The notes beneath the pieces were generated by a model that saw nothing but the letters and a program-made list of their open reading frames with translations, had not been told where the DNA came from and made no database searches. A stretch of 13,123 nucleotides of DNA from Campylobacterota bacterium (GTDB lineage Bacteria; Campylobacterota; Campylobacteria; Campylobacterales; Sulfurimonadaceae), in assembly GCA_034717975.1 (NCBI GenBank), contig JAYEMF010000083.1, positions 1-13,123 of the forward strand, given 5' to 3'. This document shows positions 1-8,547 of this stretch, piece after piece. Every line of letters begins with the position of its first letter. Position 1 is the first letter of the stretch. Position numbers and translations under genes: made by a program.

Positions 1-126
1 CAAATAAGGCACAATCTTCCGTCCTAAAATCTCTTGAATTACCTATGGGTAGTCCTTCAAGATTTTAAAACGAAATCTTGCACCTTCTTTGCCCTCTGAT
101 GATATCCAGGGTTTTTAGAGGTGCCC
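1..126. mobile_element. Right part of a MITE-like non-autonomous element (long hairpin 1-91 plus 31-bp terminal inverted repeat 96-126), truncated by the window start
   Basis: 96-126 CTGATGATATCCAGGGTTTTTAGAGGTGCCC is the exact reverse complement of 13001-13031. 1-91 is an imperfect palindrome (CAAA/TTTG, AAGG/CCTT, TAAAATC/GATTTTA, TTGAA/TTCAA, TTACC/GGTAG). No ORF. Confidence 0.8.
96..126 (-). repeat. 31-bp terminal inverted repeat, copy 1
   Basis: Perfect 31/31 reverse-complement match to 13001-13031. Confidence 0.95.
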
Positions 127-130
127 ATTA

Positions 131-149
131 GACTTTCGTAAGAGGTCTA
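131..149. repeat. Possible remnant terminus of a second small mobile-element family (GACTTTCGTAAGAGGTCTA)
   Basis: Imperfect palindrome TAGAC...GTCTA (129-149) 2 bp from the MITE end. From memory it resembles GACCTCTTGC-type termini of IS5-like MITEs; not verifiable here. Confidence 0.25.
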
Positions 150-271
150 TTGATAGTATATTTCTTACAAGTATAGCAGACAAATGTTATATTTTACAGA
201 TATTTTCATGTTAGAGCTTCTGCAGACTTACATGGAAGTGACGCTTAAAGCTACTGCTGAGATGCCTTGGG

Positions 272-277
272 TATAAT
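272..277 (+). promoter_or_regulatory. sigma70 -10 box (TATAAT) upstream of mutS
   Basis: TTGGG-TATAAT about 33 nt upstream of ATG 311; CTTAAAG at 244-250 loosely resembles the Campylobacterota upstream TTTAAG motif. Confidence 0.6.
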
Positions 278-310
278 ACATAAAATTATAAATCAGGCCT
301 GTAATCAACG

Positions 311-3300
311 ATGCTTTCTACTGACGTCAATGACATTTTGAGTGACAAATCCAAGCTTCTCTCTGAGATCTATTTCGATCTTCAGCGCTATTTCGAGGAG
401 AAGTACGGCACCGATACGGTTGTCTTTATGGAGATTGGAACCTTCTTTGAGGTCTATGAGGTCAACAACGACGAGATGCAGGTCGGTAAAGCCAAAGAGA
501 TGGCCGAACTGCTGAACATTCAGCTTACCAAGAAAAATAAGAACATTGTAGAAAATTCTGTAAAAAACCCGCTTCTTGCCGGTGTTCCCGCCGTCTCGTT
601 TGACCGTTATCTGGGCCGTCTGATCCAGGAGCAGCGCTATACGGTGATCGTCGTCAAGCAGCGCGGTGAACCGCCGAAGGTCAGTCGTTACGTTTCGCAG
701 ATCATCTCCCCGGGTACCAATTTTGATCATATCATTGATAACGAAGACAACTACATCGTCTCACTCCTGGTCGACAAAAACCGCGATATCTACTCGGTCG
801 GTTATGCCGCGATCGACGTGACGACGGGGAAGACCTGGCTCTATGAAACGCATGGTACCTCGGAAGATCAGAGTTACGGACTCGATGAGGTCTTTAACCT
901 GCTCAATATCTACAAGACATCGGAGGTCGTTCTTACCTTTTTAGAGGGAGTGGACGATCAGAAAGAGGTGGTGCGTTATCTGGAGATCCCGGAGCACTAC
1001 TCCTACAGCGTAAACCATGAGCGTCCGAAGATCGATTACCAGAACGAGCTTTTTGAGAAGGTGTACCAGATTCAGTCACTCCTCTCGCCGATCGAACACC
1101 TTGACCTTGAACGCAATCCGCTTATCAGTGAAGCACTGGCAGTTCTGGTCCATTTTGTTATTGAACATGATTACCACATTATCCAGAAGCTCTCCCGCCC
1201 GAAACAGATCGATAACCGCCGTTATATGTATCTGGGTAACAACGCCCTTGAACAGCTTGCTATCATCTCCAAAGACAAAGATGAACTCACCATTGCCAAA
1301 CTGATCGACAAGACGGGGACAGCCATTGGTAAACGCCTGCTCAAGGAGCGACTGCTCAATCCGGTTATGGAGCGTGAAGAGCTTGAACGCCGTTACAATC
1401 TGATCGATAAAGTAACGACCCATTCGAGACTGCTTGAAGAGACGCTGCGGGGGATCTATGACCTTGAACGCCTTGCCCGCCGTATCAATCTCGGACGGCT
1501 TCACCCGTTTGAGATGAACTATGTTTATGATTCGCTTCTGAGTGTCAAAGAGCTGATGGCCTACGTCAAAAAACATAAGATCCAGAAGACCCCGTTCAGT
1601 GACAGTGAGATCGATGAGTTTATCCGCGACATTGAACGCAGTTTTGACTTAGATACATCACGCCGTTTTACGATGGCTACGGTGGATGAGAACTTTTTGA
1701 TGCGCAGCATCGATCCGGCTATCGATACGCTCATTGATGAAAATGCAAAGATGCTGCAGACCTTTAACATTATTATGCAGAAGATCGAGGGAATGGTCGC
1801 CGGTGTCGCAACGGCTTCGCAGACACGTTATGTGACGCTTGGTGTTCTGGATAAAGAGGGCTACTATATCAGTCTCAGCAAGAACCGCTGGTCGATGATC
1901 GAACAGCAGTTTAGTACCTGTGTGATTGAAGAAGATGGTCTGTCTGTCTGTTTTGACAGTTTTAACATCAAAAAGCTGACAAACAATGTCAAGATCACCT
2001 CCGAACTGACCGATCAGCTCTCCGACAAGATCATGCGGAACCGCTCGAAGATCGTCGCCCTCGTCAAAGAGCGTTTTGTACAGCTACAGCTGGTCTATGA
2101 ACGCCGATATGCCCTGCTGTTTGAGCGTATCATCGGCTATGTGGCGGACCTGGATGTGGCGGTAAGTTCGGCTAAAACGGCCGAGCTCTACAACTATGCC
2201 CGCCCGATGATCGTCGATGTCAAGGAGGATGAGAACTTTATGCAGATCATGGCCCTGCGTCATCCTCTCATCGAGATTCAGGAGCGCCGCGGCATCTATG
2301 TGCCAAATGACATTGTCATGGGGGCGCGTGACTATGTCGATCTCCCGTACCCTGAAACGGTGATGCTCGATGTAAGTGTGCATGACGGCCATGATATCAA
2401 CGGTGTGCTTCTTTACGGGATCAACTCGAGCGGGAAGTCGTCGCTGATGAAGAGTATCGGTATCTCTGTTCTGCTGGCACAGTCAGGCTTTTATGTCCCT
2501 GCATCGGCGATGAAGTTCTCCCTCTTTGAGTCCGTCTTTACCCGTATTGTCTCCAAAGACAACCTTGCCAAAGGGCTCTCTACCTTTGCGGTAGAGATGC
2601 TGGAGATGAAAAACATCTTCAACCGGGCAAAGATCAAGTCACTGGTACTGGGCGATGAGATCTCTCACGGGACGGAGACCCTTTCGGGTGTCGCCATCGT
2701 GGCAAGCTCCATCATCAAGCTGGCGAAACTGCGTGCGGTCTTCCTCTTCGCCACCCACCTCCATCAGCTCTCGACGATGGATGAGGTAAAAAAACTGAAC
2801 AATGTGGTCGACCTTCACCTGAGTGTGGAGTATGACGAAGCCCTGGACAGACTGCTCTTCAACCGTGTCCTTCAGGGCGGCAGCGGCAGCAGTATCTACG
2901 GGTTGGAGTTTGCCAAGTCACTGCATATGGACGGCGAATTTCTCGATACCGCCAACAGGATCCGAAAACGTCTGGCCAATGATTTTGACGACCTTGAGAT
3001 GCTGGTGAAAAAACGGACGAGCAAGTACAACAAAGACCTCTATGTGACCAAATGTGTCATCTGCGGGGCGATGGCGGAAGATGTTCATCACATCGCCCAC
3101 CAGTCACTGGCGAACCAGGCCGGCTTTATCGGCCATTTCCATCAGGATCATAAACACAATCTGGTACCGCTCTGTAAAGAGCACCACCGTGCCATTCATG
3201 ATGGAAAAATCACGGTCAAGGGTTTTGTCATGACCTCTACCGGGCTTGAACTTGAGGTGGAAGATCAGCTGAACAAACCGGCACCGAAAGTGGTGGATGA

Positions 3301-3361
3301 ACCTGAGGTCAACAAGATCAGTGAAGAGGAATCAAGCTCTATCAATATGGATGATTTTTAA
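311..3361 (+). CDS. mutS: MutS family DNA mismatch-recognition ATPase with C-terminal HNH endonuclease (MutS7 type)
   Basis: 1016 aa. Domain I motif [10 protein letters not shown] (GxF[YF]E), Walker [17 protein letters not shown], Walker [24 protein letters not shown] helix-turn-helix. C-terminal CVICG...DVHHI...[12 protein letters not shown] is a Zn-binding HNH. Confidence 0.95.
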   Translation: MLSTDVNDILSDKSKLLSEIYFDLQRYFEEKYGTDTVVFMEIGTFFEVYEVNNDEMQVGKAKEMAELLNIQLTKKNKNIVENSVKNPLLAGVPAVSFDRYLGRLIQEQRYTVIVVKQRGEPPKVSRYVSQIISPGTNFDHIIDNEDNYIVSLLVDKNRDIYSVGYAAIDVTTGKTWLYETHGTSEDQSYGLDEVFNLLNIYKTSEVVLTFLEGVDDQKEVVRYLEIPEHYSYSVNHERPKIDYQNELFEKVYQIQSLLSPIEHLDLERNPLISEALAVLVHFVIEHDYHIIQKLSRPKQIDNRRYMYLGNNALEQLAIISKDKDELTIAKLIDKTGTAIGKRLLKERLLNPVMEREELERRYNLIDKVTTHSRLLEETLRGIYDLERLARRINLGRLHPFEMNYVYDSLLSVKELMAYVKKHKIQKTPFSDSEIDEFIRDIERSFDLDTSRRFTMATVDENFLMRSIDPAIDTLIDENAKMLQTFNIIMQKIEGMVAGVATASQTRYVTLGVLDKEGYYISLSKNRWSMIEQQFSTCVIEEDGLSVCFDSFNIKKLTNNVKITSELTDQLSDKIMRNRSKIVALVKERFVQLQLVYERRYALLFERIIGYVADLDVAVSSAKTAELYNYARPMIVDVKEDENFMQIMALRHPLIEIQERRGIYVPNDIVMGARDYVDLPYPETVMLDVSVHDGHDINGVLLYGINSSGKSSLMKSIGISVLLAQSGFYVPASAMKFSLFESVFTRIVSKDNLAKGLSTFAVEMLEMKNIFNRAKIKSLVLGDEISHGTETLSGVAIVASSIIKLAKLRAVFLFATHLHQLSTMDEVKKLNNVVDLHLSVEYDEALDRLLFNRVLQGGSGSSIYGLEFAKSLHMDGEFLDTANRIRKRLANDFDDLEMLVKKRTSKYNKDLYVTKCVICGAMAEDVHHIAHQSLANQAGFIGHFHQDHKHNLVPLCKEHHRAIHDGKITVKGFVMTSTGLELEVEDQLNKPAPKVVDEPEVNKISEEESSSINMDDF

Positions 3362-3397
3362 AAAAAAGAGCAAAGCGATACTATAAGGAGAAAGTTT

Positions 3398-3736
3398 ATG
3401 AAACTTACATTTACGACATTTATACTGCTGTTACTATTTACCGGCTGTACCCAGGAGACCCAGAACAAACTGAGTCGCGGCATTCAGAACTGGACAGGGA
3501 CAAACGGAGTTTTGGATGTTTATGCCGGTGAGAAACTGGTCAAGCGCTTTATAAAAATTGACAAGCTCTCAACTGCCAAAAGTACCGAAGGCAGTGCCGA
3601 CCGTCCCTACCGTTACGGGTATGGTGTAATGGATGAGAACTTCAATATGAAAGTCGATCCGGGTGAGAAGAAGGTCTATTTTGAGGTCAGTGACTACTCG
3701 ACCTCTTACGTCTTTTATGAAAACCCTAGAGGCTGA
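3398..3736 (+). CDS. Hypothetical lipoprotein
   Basis: AAGGAG RBS at 3385-3390; signal peptide II MKLTFTTFILLLLFTG|C (lipobox); 112 aa, codirectional. Confidence 0.8.
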   Translation: MKLTFTTFILLLLFTGCTQETQNKLSRGIQNWTGTNGVLDVYAGEKLVKRFIKIDKLSTAKSTEGSADRPYRYGYGVMDENFNMKVDPGEKKVYFEVSDYSTSYVFYENPRG

Positions 3737-3741
3737 TAACG

Positions 3742-4836
3742 ATGGACGTCATTACACTCTTTAAAAAGATGATCGAGCATAAGAGCGAGACGCCTGATGA
3801 TGGCGGACTGCTGGATTTTATTGAAGGCTACCTGGATGGTTTTACCGCAGTGCGCATCGATAAAGAGGAGGTGAAAAACCTCTTTATCTATAAAAAGTTC
3901 GGCGAGGGTGATCACCTCTGTTTTGCCGGTCATGTCGATGTCGTTCCTGCCGGTGACGGATGGGATATGGACCCATACAAGGCTTACGAGAAAGATGGTT
4001 TTATCTACGGCCGCGGTACGCAGGATATGAAGAGCGGTGTGGCGGCTTTTACCCAGGCGGTCAAAGAGGTTGAACATTTCAACGGCACGCTCTCTTTGCT
4101 ATTGACGTCTGATGAGGAGGGACCGGCCAAATACGGTACGGTGGAAGTTCTCAAATACCTTGAAGTTGAGGGAATGATGCCTGATGCCTGCATTGTTGCC
4201 GAGCCGACCTGCGAAGAGCAGTTTGGCGATGCTATCAAAGTAGGTCGTCGCGGTTCGATCAACGGGGTCATCGAGAAGCATGGCAAACAGGGGCATGCCG
4301 CCTATCCGGAGAAATCGACCAACCCGATCCATAAAGTGGCCCAGGCGCTGCCGCATATGGCGGGAATCGACCTCGATGAAGGTGACGAGTTTTTCAGCCC
4401 GAGCCAGTTCGTCATCACCGATATACGCGCCGGGATGGAAGTGACCAATGTCACCCCGGGCAAACTGAAGATGATGTTCAATGTCCGTAACTCGACCGAA
4501 ACTACGAAAGAGGATATTGAACACTTTGTCCATCGCTACTTCAAAGAGATGAACTACACTCTTAAACTCGACCAGAGCGCTTATCCCTTTATGACCGATG
4601 TCAATACGAAGATCGTTAAACATCTTGATGAGGCTATTGAGGCGGTGACCGGGATCAGACCTAAACACTCGACCGCCGGCGGAACATCCGATGCCCGTTT
4701 TATCGCGCCATGCGGTGTCGATGTGATCGAATTCGGTGTTAAGAACGATACCATCCATGCTCCCAATGAACGTACTACCCGTGAAGAGGTGGAAGGGCTT
4801 TACAAGGTTTTTGCAAGACTGATTCAAGATTATTAA
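3742..4836 (+). CDS. dapE: Succinyl-diaminopimelate desuccinylase (M20 metallopeptidase)
   Basis: FAGHVDVVP, GRGTQDMKSG, TSDEEG, AEPT, VGRRGS, GKQGHAAYP, GGTSDARF, EFG, TIHAPNE motifs. Confidence 0.93.
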   Translation: MDVITLFKKMIEHKSETPDDGGLLDFIEGYLDGFTAVRIDKEEVKNLFIYKKFGEGDHLCFAGHVDVVPAGDGWDMDPYKAYEKDGFIYGRGTQDMKSGVAAFTQAVKEVEHFNGTLSLLLTSDEEGPAKYGTVEVLKYLEVEGMMPDACIVAEPTCEEQFGDAIKVGRRGSINGVIEKHGKQGHAAYPEKSTNPIHKVAQALPHMAGIDLDEGDEFFSPSQFVITDIRAGMEVTNVTPGKLKMMFNVRNSTETTKEDIEHFVHRYFKEMNYTLKLDQSAYPFMTDVNTKIVKHLDEAIEAVTGIRPKHSTAGGTSDARFIAPCGVDVIEFGVKNDTIHAPNERTTREEVEGLYKVFARLIQDY

Positions 4837-4938
4837 GCGGCAGAGGGGGAAGAAACAGATGGATATCTTGCTCCTGGCTGTAAAGTTGAGGTGTGAAGTC
4901 CAACGTGATTTTTAGAAGGATTCCAGGTAGTAAGAATG

Positions 4939-4947
4939 TGTTATAAT
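4939..4947 (+). promoter_or_regulatory. Extended -10 promoter (TGtTATAAT) of TA module 1
   Basis: TGTTATAAT 22 nt upstream of ATG 4970, followed by an AAAGG RBS. Confidence 0.7.
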
Positions 4948-4969
4948 CGTTAAAAATAAAAGGTTATCA

Positions 4970-5194
4970 ATGCATAATTATCAAAAATATATTACCATTG
5001 ACCCCAATATCCGATCAGGAAAACCTATAATCCGTGGTATGCGAATTACTGTTTATGATGTGCTGGAGATGCTTTCAGATGGCATGAAACCAAATGAAAT
5101 TATTGAAGATTTTCCTGAATTGAGAGAAGAAGATATTTATGCTGCTTTATCTTATGCCGCCGATAAAGAGCATAAACTTTCCATATGTGCGTAA
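4970..5194 (+). CDS. DUF433 family antitoxin (VapB45-like, HTH)
   Basis: ITIDPNIRSGKPIIRGMRITVYDVL...EIIEDFPELREEDIYAALSYA is the classic DUF433 pattern. Confidence 0.9.
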   Translation: MHNYQKYITIDPNIRSGKPIIRGMRITVYDVLEMLSDGMKPNEIIEDFPELREEDIYAALSYAADKEHKLSICA

Positions 5195-5526
5195 AACTGC
5201 TTTTTGATCAAAACCTCTCTTACCGGTTGGTTTCACGATTAAAAGAAGAGTATCCTGATTCCATTCACATCGCGGCAGCCGGTCTGGATAAAGCAAGTGA
5301 TCTTGAGGTGTGGAGCTATGCAAAAGAACATGATTACACCATAGTTACGAAGGACTCTGATTTCAACGATCTCAGTACCCTTTACAATTTCCCTCCCTAT
5401 ATTATCTGGCTGCGCCTGGGCAATAGCCACACGGCAGAGGCCGAACGTGTTTTGATGAAGTATCGGGAAGAGATTCACAAAATTATTCGTGAAAACAATA
5501 CCGGGATTATTGAAATCAACAGCTAA
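5185..5526 (+). CDS. DUF5615 family PIN-like toxin (VapC45-like)
   Basis: KLLFDQNLS, SDLEVWSYA, IVTKDSDF, PPYIIWLRLGN motifs; overlaps the DUF433 gene by 10 nt. Confidence 0.88.
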   Translation: MCVKLLFDQNLSYRLVSRLKEEYPDSIHIAAAGLDKASDLEVWSYAKEHDYTIVTKDSDFNDLSTLYNFPPYIIWLRLGNSHTAEAERVLMKYREEIHKIIRENNTGIIEINS

Positions 5527-5565
5527 TCAAAACAAGCCGCAATAAATATAACCTAAGGAGAGCAT

Positions 5566-6789
5566 ATGGCTTACGAGATATTGACGGTTGAGAAGCTACC
5601 GGAATTTCTCTACGGGATCGAGTCGATCAAAAGCTATTTTGAGGGTGCCGAACTCGATATCGAAGAGGTAGGTGACGGTAATCTCAATTTTGTTTACATT
5701 GTCACAAGCAAAGAGAATCCGGCAAGAACCCTCGTTGTGAAACAGGCGGTACCCTATCTGCGCATTGCCGGTGAGGGGTTTCCGCTTTCACGTGAACGGA
5801 TGACCTTTGAGATCAGGGCGCTTCAAAGCAATGAAAAACTGGCAGGCGAGTATACACCCAAGATCTATTATGCTGACGAAGCAATGAGTATTGTCATCAT
5901 GCAGAACCTGAACGAGCATATTATTTTGCGTAAAGGGCTGATTCAGAAAATCCGCTATAACCATTTCGCCGAACATATCTCTACCTATTTGGCACAGACA
6001 CTCTTTCACACTTCCTCACTTTCCCTGACCAGTACCGAAAAACGGCAGCAGATGGACCGTTTAAACGCTAATACCGAGCTGTGCAAGCTGACCGAGGATT
6101 TTGTTTTTACGTTTCCATTTATGGAGAATGAGACCAATGCCGTTGACCCGCTTTGTGAAGTCGAGGCAGAAGAACTGTTTACCGATATGGCTTTTAAAAA
6201 GCAGCTGCTTAAACTCAAATACACGTTCATGAATCAAAGTGATGCTTTGCTCCACGGCGACTTTCATACAGGCTCGATCATGGCCAATGAAGATGAGACC
6301 TTTGTGATCGACCCTGAGTTCGCTTTTGTTGGGCCGTTTGGTTTCGACATCGGGGCATTGGTAGCCAATATTTTGAACGCCTATATCTCCCATGTACATG
6401 TCAGTAAAGATGAGACATATCAGCAGTGGCTGTTGAAGACGACCAAAAGCATGATAGAGCAGTTTGAAGTAAAATTTCTGGCACTGTGGAAGCAGCAAAA
6501 AGAGAGCGCGTTGATCACTGAAGGCTTTATAGATGATACTCATCTGGATGGGTATAGAGAAGAATTTATGCAGATGATCTTCTCCCAGACAGTGGGATTT
6601 GCCGGGGCAAAAATGGCACGCCGTGTCTTTGGGATCGCCGGAGTGGAAGAGATCCGCGGTATCGAAGATGATGCAATACGAAAAGCGGCCATGTTGTCGG
6701 CATTGCGAATAGGAAAGATGCTGGTAATGGAGCATGAGACGATCAGCAATATGGATGAGCTGATCAGGAAAGTGGAGGCAATCGCATGA
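5566..6789 (+). CDS. mtnK: S-methyl-5-thioribose kinase (MTR / 5-deoxyribose kinase)
   Basis: EVGDGNLNFVY, VKQAVPYLR, LLHGDFHTGS, IDPEFAFVGPFGFDIG motifs; AAGGAG RBS at 5555-5560. Confidence 0.93.
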   Translation: MAYEILTVEKLPEFLYGIESIKSYFEGAELDIEEVGDGNLNFVYIVTSKENPARTLVVKQAVPYLRIAGEGFPLSRERMTFEIRALQSNEKLAGEYTPKIYYADEAMSIVIMQNLNEHIILRKGLIQKIRYNHFAEHISTYLAQTLFHTSSLSLTSTEKRQQMDRLNANTELCKLTEDFVFTFPFMENETNAVDPLCEVEAEELFTDMAFKKQLLKLKYTFMNQSDALLHGDFHTGSIMANEDETFVIDPEFAFVGPFGFDIGALVANILNAYISHVHVSKDETYQQWLLKTTKSMIEQFEVKFLALWKQQKESALITEGFIDDTHLDGYREEFMQMIFSQTVGFAGAKMARRVFGIAGVEEIRGIEDDAIRKAAMLSALRIGKMLVMEHETISNMDELIRKVEAIA

Positions 6790-7868
6790 ACGGACACTAT
6801 AAAGCACTCTGGCTGACCGAAGAGGGTGATCTGGAAGTACTCGATCAGCGTCTGCTCCCCTTTGAAGAGACGACGGTAGTCGTTACTGACACCCAGGAGT
6901 CTGTAACAGCTATTAAAGATATGACCGTGCGCGGTGCGGGTGTCATCGGGAATGTAGCGGCTTTTGGTGTCTACCTTGCTGCCCGGGAGTGTCAGGGTGA
7001 CCTTAATGCTCTGGAGATCAAGGCTAAAGCGATACGCGAGTCGAGACCGACGGCTGTTAATCTGATGTGGGCCGTTGACCGGATGATGGATCTGGCTCGT
7101 AACACCCGATTGGAAGAGCGCATAGAGAGGTTGAAGTCCGAAGCGATCCTTATCTGTGATGAAGATGTGGAGCGCAGTCACGCTATTGCCGTCTATGGGG
7201 CAGATGCGTGTGAAGCCCTGATGAGAGAGAAGGGAATAGCGAAGATCAATATCCTTACCCACTGTAATGCCGGATGGCTGGCTATTGTGGATGAGGGGAG
7301 CGCTCTGGCCCCTATCTATGAACTGCATCGTCGCGGTGTTGATGTGCATGTCTGGGTCGATGAGACACGTCCGCGTAACCAGGGGGCTAACCTGACGGCA
7401 TGGGAGCTTACCAAAGCGGGGGTCGAGCATACAGTTATTGCCGATAATACCGGCGGTCACCTGATGCAGCAGGGATTTGTCGATGTGTGTATTACCGGGG
7501 CAGACCGTGTCAGCCGCGGCGGTGATGCGGCCAACAAGATCGGCACCTATCTCAAGGCATTGGCGGCCAAAGACAGCGGCATCCCTTTCTACATTGCGCT
7601 TCCGGCCTCCACTTTTGACTTTGAGATAATCGACGGGGTAAAAGAGATTCCGATCGAGATCCGCAGTGAAGATGAGGTGAAATTTATGCGCGGCATCGAC
7701 AGAGATGGAAACCTAAGTGAACTGCAGATCGTCCAGAGTGCTTCTCCGGCGCTCAACTACGGCTTTGATATCACCCCGTCGCGGCTGATCACCGGACTGA
7801 TCACGGAGCGGGGTATCTGTGATGCCAGCCTTGAGGCTGTTGAGAAGATGTTTAAAGATCTCCTATGA
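6786..7868 (+). CDS. mtnA: S-methyl-5-thioribose-1-phosphate isomerase
   Basis: LDQRLLP, MTVRGA, SRPTAVNL, LTHCNAGWLA, DETRPRNQG, GADRV, ANKIGTY, FDITP motifs; ATGA overlap with mtnK. Confidence 0.94.
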   Translation: MNGHYKALWLTEEGDLEVLDQRLLPFEETTVVVTDTQESVTAIKDMTVRGAGVIGNVAAFGVYLAARECQGDLNALEIKAKAIRESRPTAVNLMWAVDRMMDLARNTRLEERIERLKSEAILICDEDVERSHAIAVYGADACEALMREKGIAKINILTHCNAGWLAIVDEGSALAPIYELHRRGVDVHVWVDETRPRNQGANLTAWELTKAGVEHTVIADNTGGHLMQQGFVDVCITGADRVSRGGDAANKIGTYLKALAAKDSGIPFYIALPASTFDFEIIDGVKEIPIEIRSEDEVKFMRGIDRDGNLSELQIVQSASPALNYGFDITPSRLITGLITERGICDASLEAVEKMFKDLL

Positions 7869-8491
7869 TTGACGGTGTAATCAAGTATAACTGCGAGTTT
7901 ACGCCGACTAAGCCTTTGGAGAGTGCTCAGTATGAAGAGATTGAAACAGTGAGAGAACGGCTCTATGCCCTTGGTCTGATCGGCATCTGTGACGGTATAG
8001 GCTATGGCAATATCTCACAGCGTCTCGATGCAGAACGTTTTGTCGTGACGGGAACGCAGACCGGTCATCTGTCGCAACTTGGCGGGAGTGATTATGCGCT
8101 TATCGAAGCGTATGAGGATGCGGCGTTTTACCTTAAAGCGAGCGGGATGATCAAACCGAGCAGCGAAAGCCTGACACACGGGACCATCTACGACCTCAGT
8201 CCGAAGATCGGAGCGGTCATTCACATCCACTCCGCTTCGATGTGGCGCTATATGTTAGATAAGGGGTACCGTAAAACGGAAGATGTCCTCTATGGCTCAC
8301 AGGAGATGATCGATGAGGTCAAACGTATCTACGCGCAGCTCGATCCGCTTTCCGATCCGAAGTTCGTGATGAGCGGGCATGAAGAGGGAGTGATGTTCTT
8401 TGGAGAGACTCTCAAGTCGGCGGAGCTGACACTGCTTGATCTGATCGGTATTATGCTATCAGATGAAATATTTTATAGTGACAAAAAGTAG
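7865..8491 (+). CDS. Class II aldolase/adducin family protein (candidate methylthio-/deoxy-ribulose-1-phosphate aldolase, or MtnB-like dehydratase)
   Basis: GYGNISQR, VTGTQTG, PSSESLTHGTIY, AVIHIHS and a downstream H (GHEEG) as metal ligands; ATGA overlap with mtnA. Confidence 0.85.
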   Translation: MIDGVIKYNCEFTPTKPLESAQYEEIETVRERLYALGLIGICDGIGYGNISQRLDAERFVVTGTQTGHLSQLGGSDYALIEAYEDAAFYLKASGMIKPSSESLTHGTIYDLSPKIGAVIHIHSASMWRYMLDKGYRKTEDVLYGSQEMIDEVKRIYAQLDPLSDPKFVMSGHEEGVMFFGETLKSAELTLLDLIGIMLSDEIFYSDKK

Positions 8492-8499
8492 AGGTGCCC
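8489..8499 (-). repeat. 11-bp remnant of the MITE terminal inverted repeat (TAGAGGTGCCC)
   Basis: Identical to 116-126 (outermost 11 bp of the TIR) and followed by TTA; contains the aldolase stop codon. Confidence 0.6.
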
Positions 8500-8510
8500 T
8501 TATTACTGTA

Positions 8511-8519
8511 TGCTATAAT
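8511..8519 (+). promoter_or_regulatory. Extended -10 promoter (TGcTATAAT) of TA module 2
   Basis: TGCTATAAT followed by an AAAGGAG RBS at 8536-8542 and TTG at 8548. Confidence 0.75.
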
Positions 8520-8547
8520 CAAAAATATGATTACCAAAGGAGAGAAG

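Noticed and set aside
4099..4827. 242-aa minus-strand ORF (also 305-730, 1076-1576, 6061-6807, 11674-12165 and other nested ORFs)
   Set aside because: They overlap well-supported + strand genes and are explained by codon-bias shadows.
4906..4924. TTTTTAGAAGG upstream of TA-1 as a further degenerate TIR
   Set aside because: Only an 8-bp low-complexity exact match (TTTTTAGA) and the GTGCCC terminus is missing.
6540..7460. 306-aa minus-strand ORF
   Set aside because: Antisense shadow of mtnK/mtnA, which carry full family motifs; no recognisable motifs of its own.
7865..8491. Assigning the symbol mtnB or fucA
   Set aside because: Motifs support only the class II aldolase superfamily; aldolase versus dehydratase cannot be decided by eye.
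8494..8547. ORF-track N-terminal extension of the antitoxin from GTG 8494
   Set aside because: The GTG lies in the TIR scar upstream of the TGcTATAAT promoter; the RBS points to TTG 8548.
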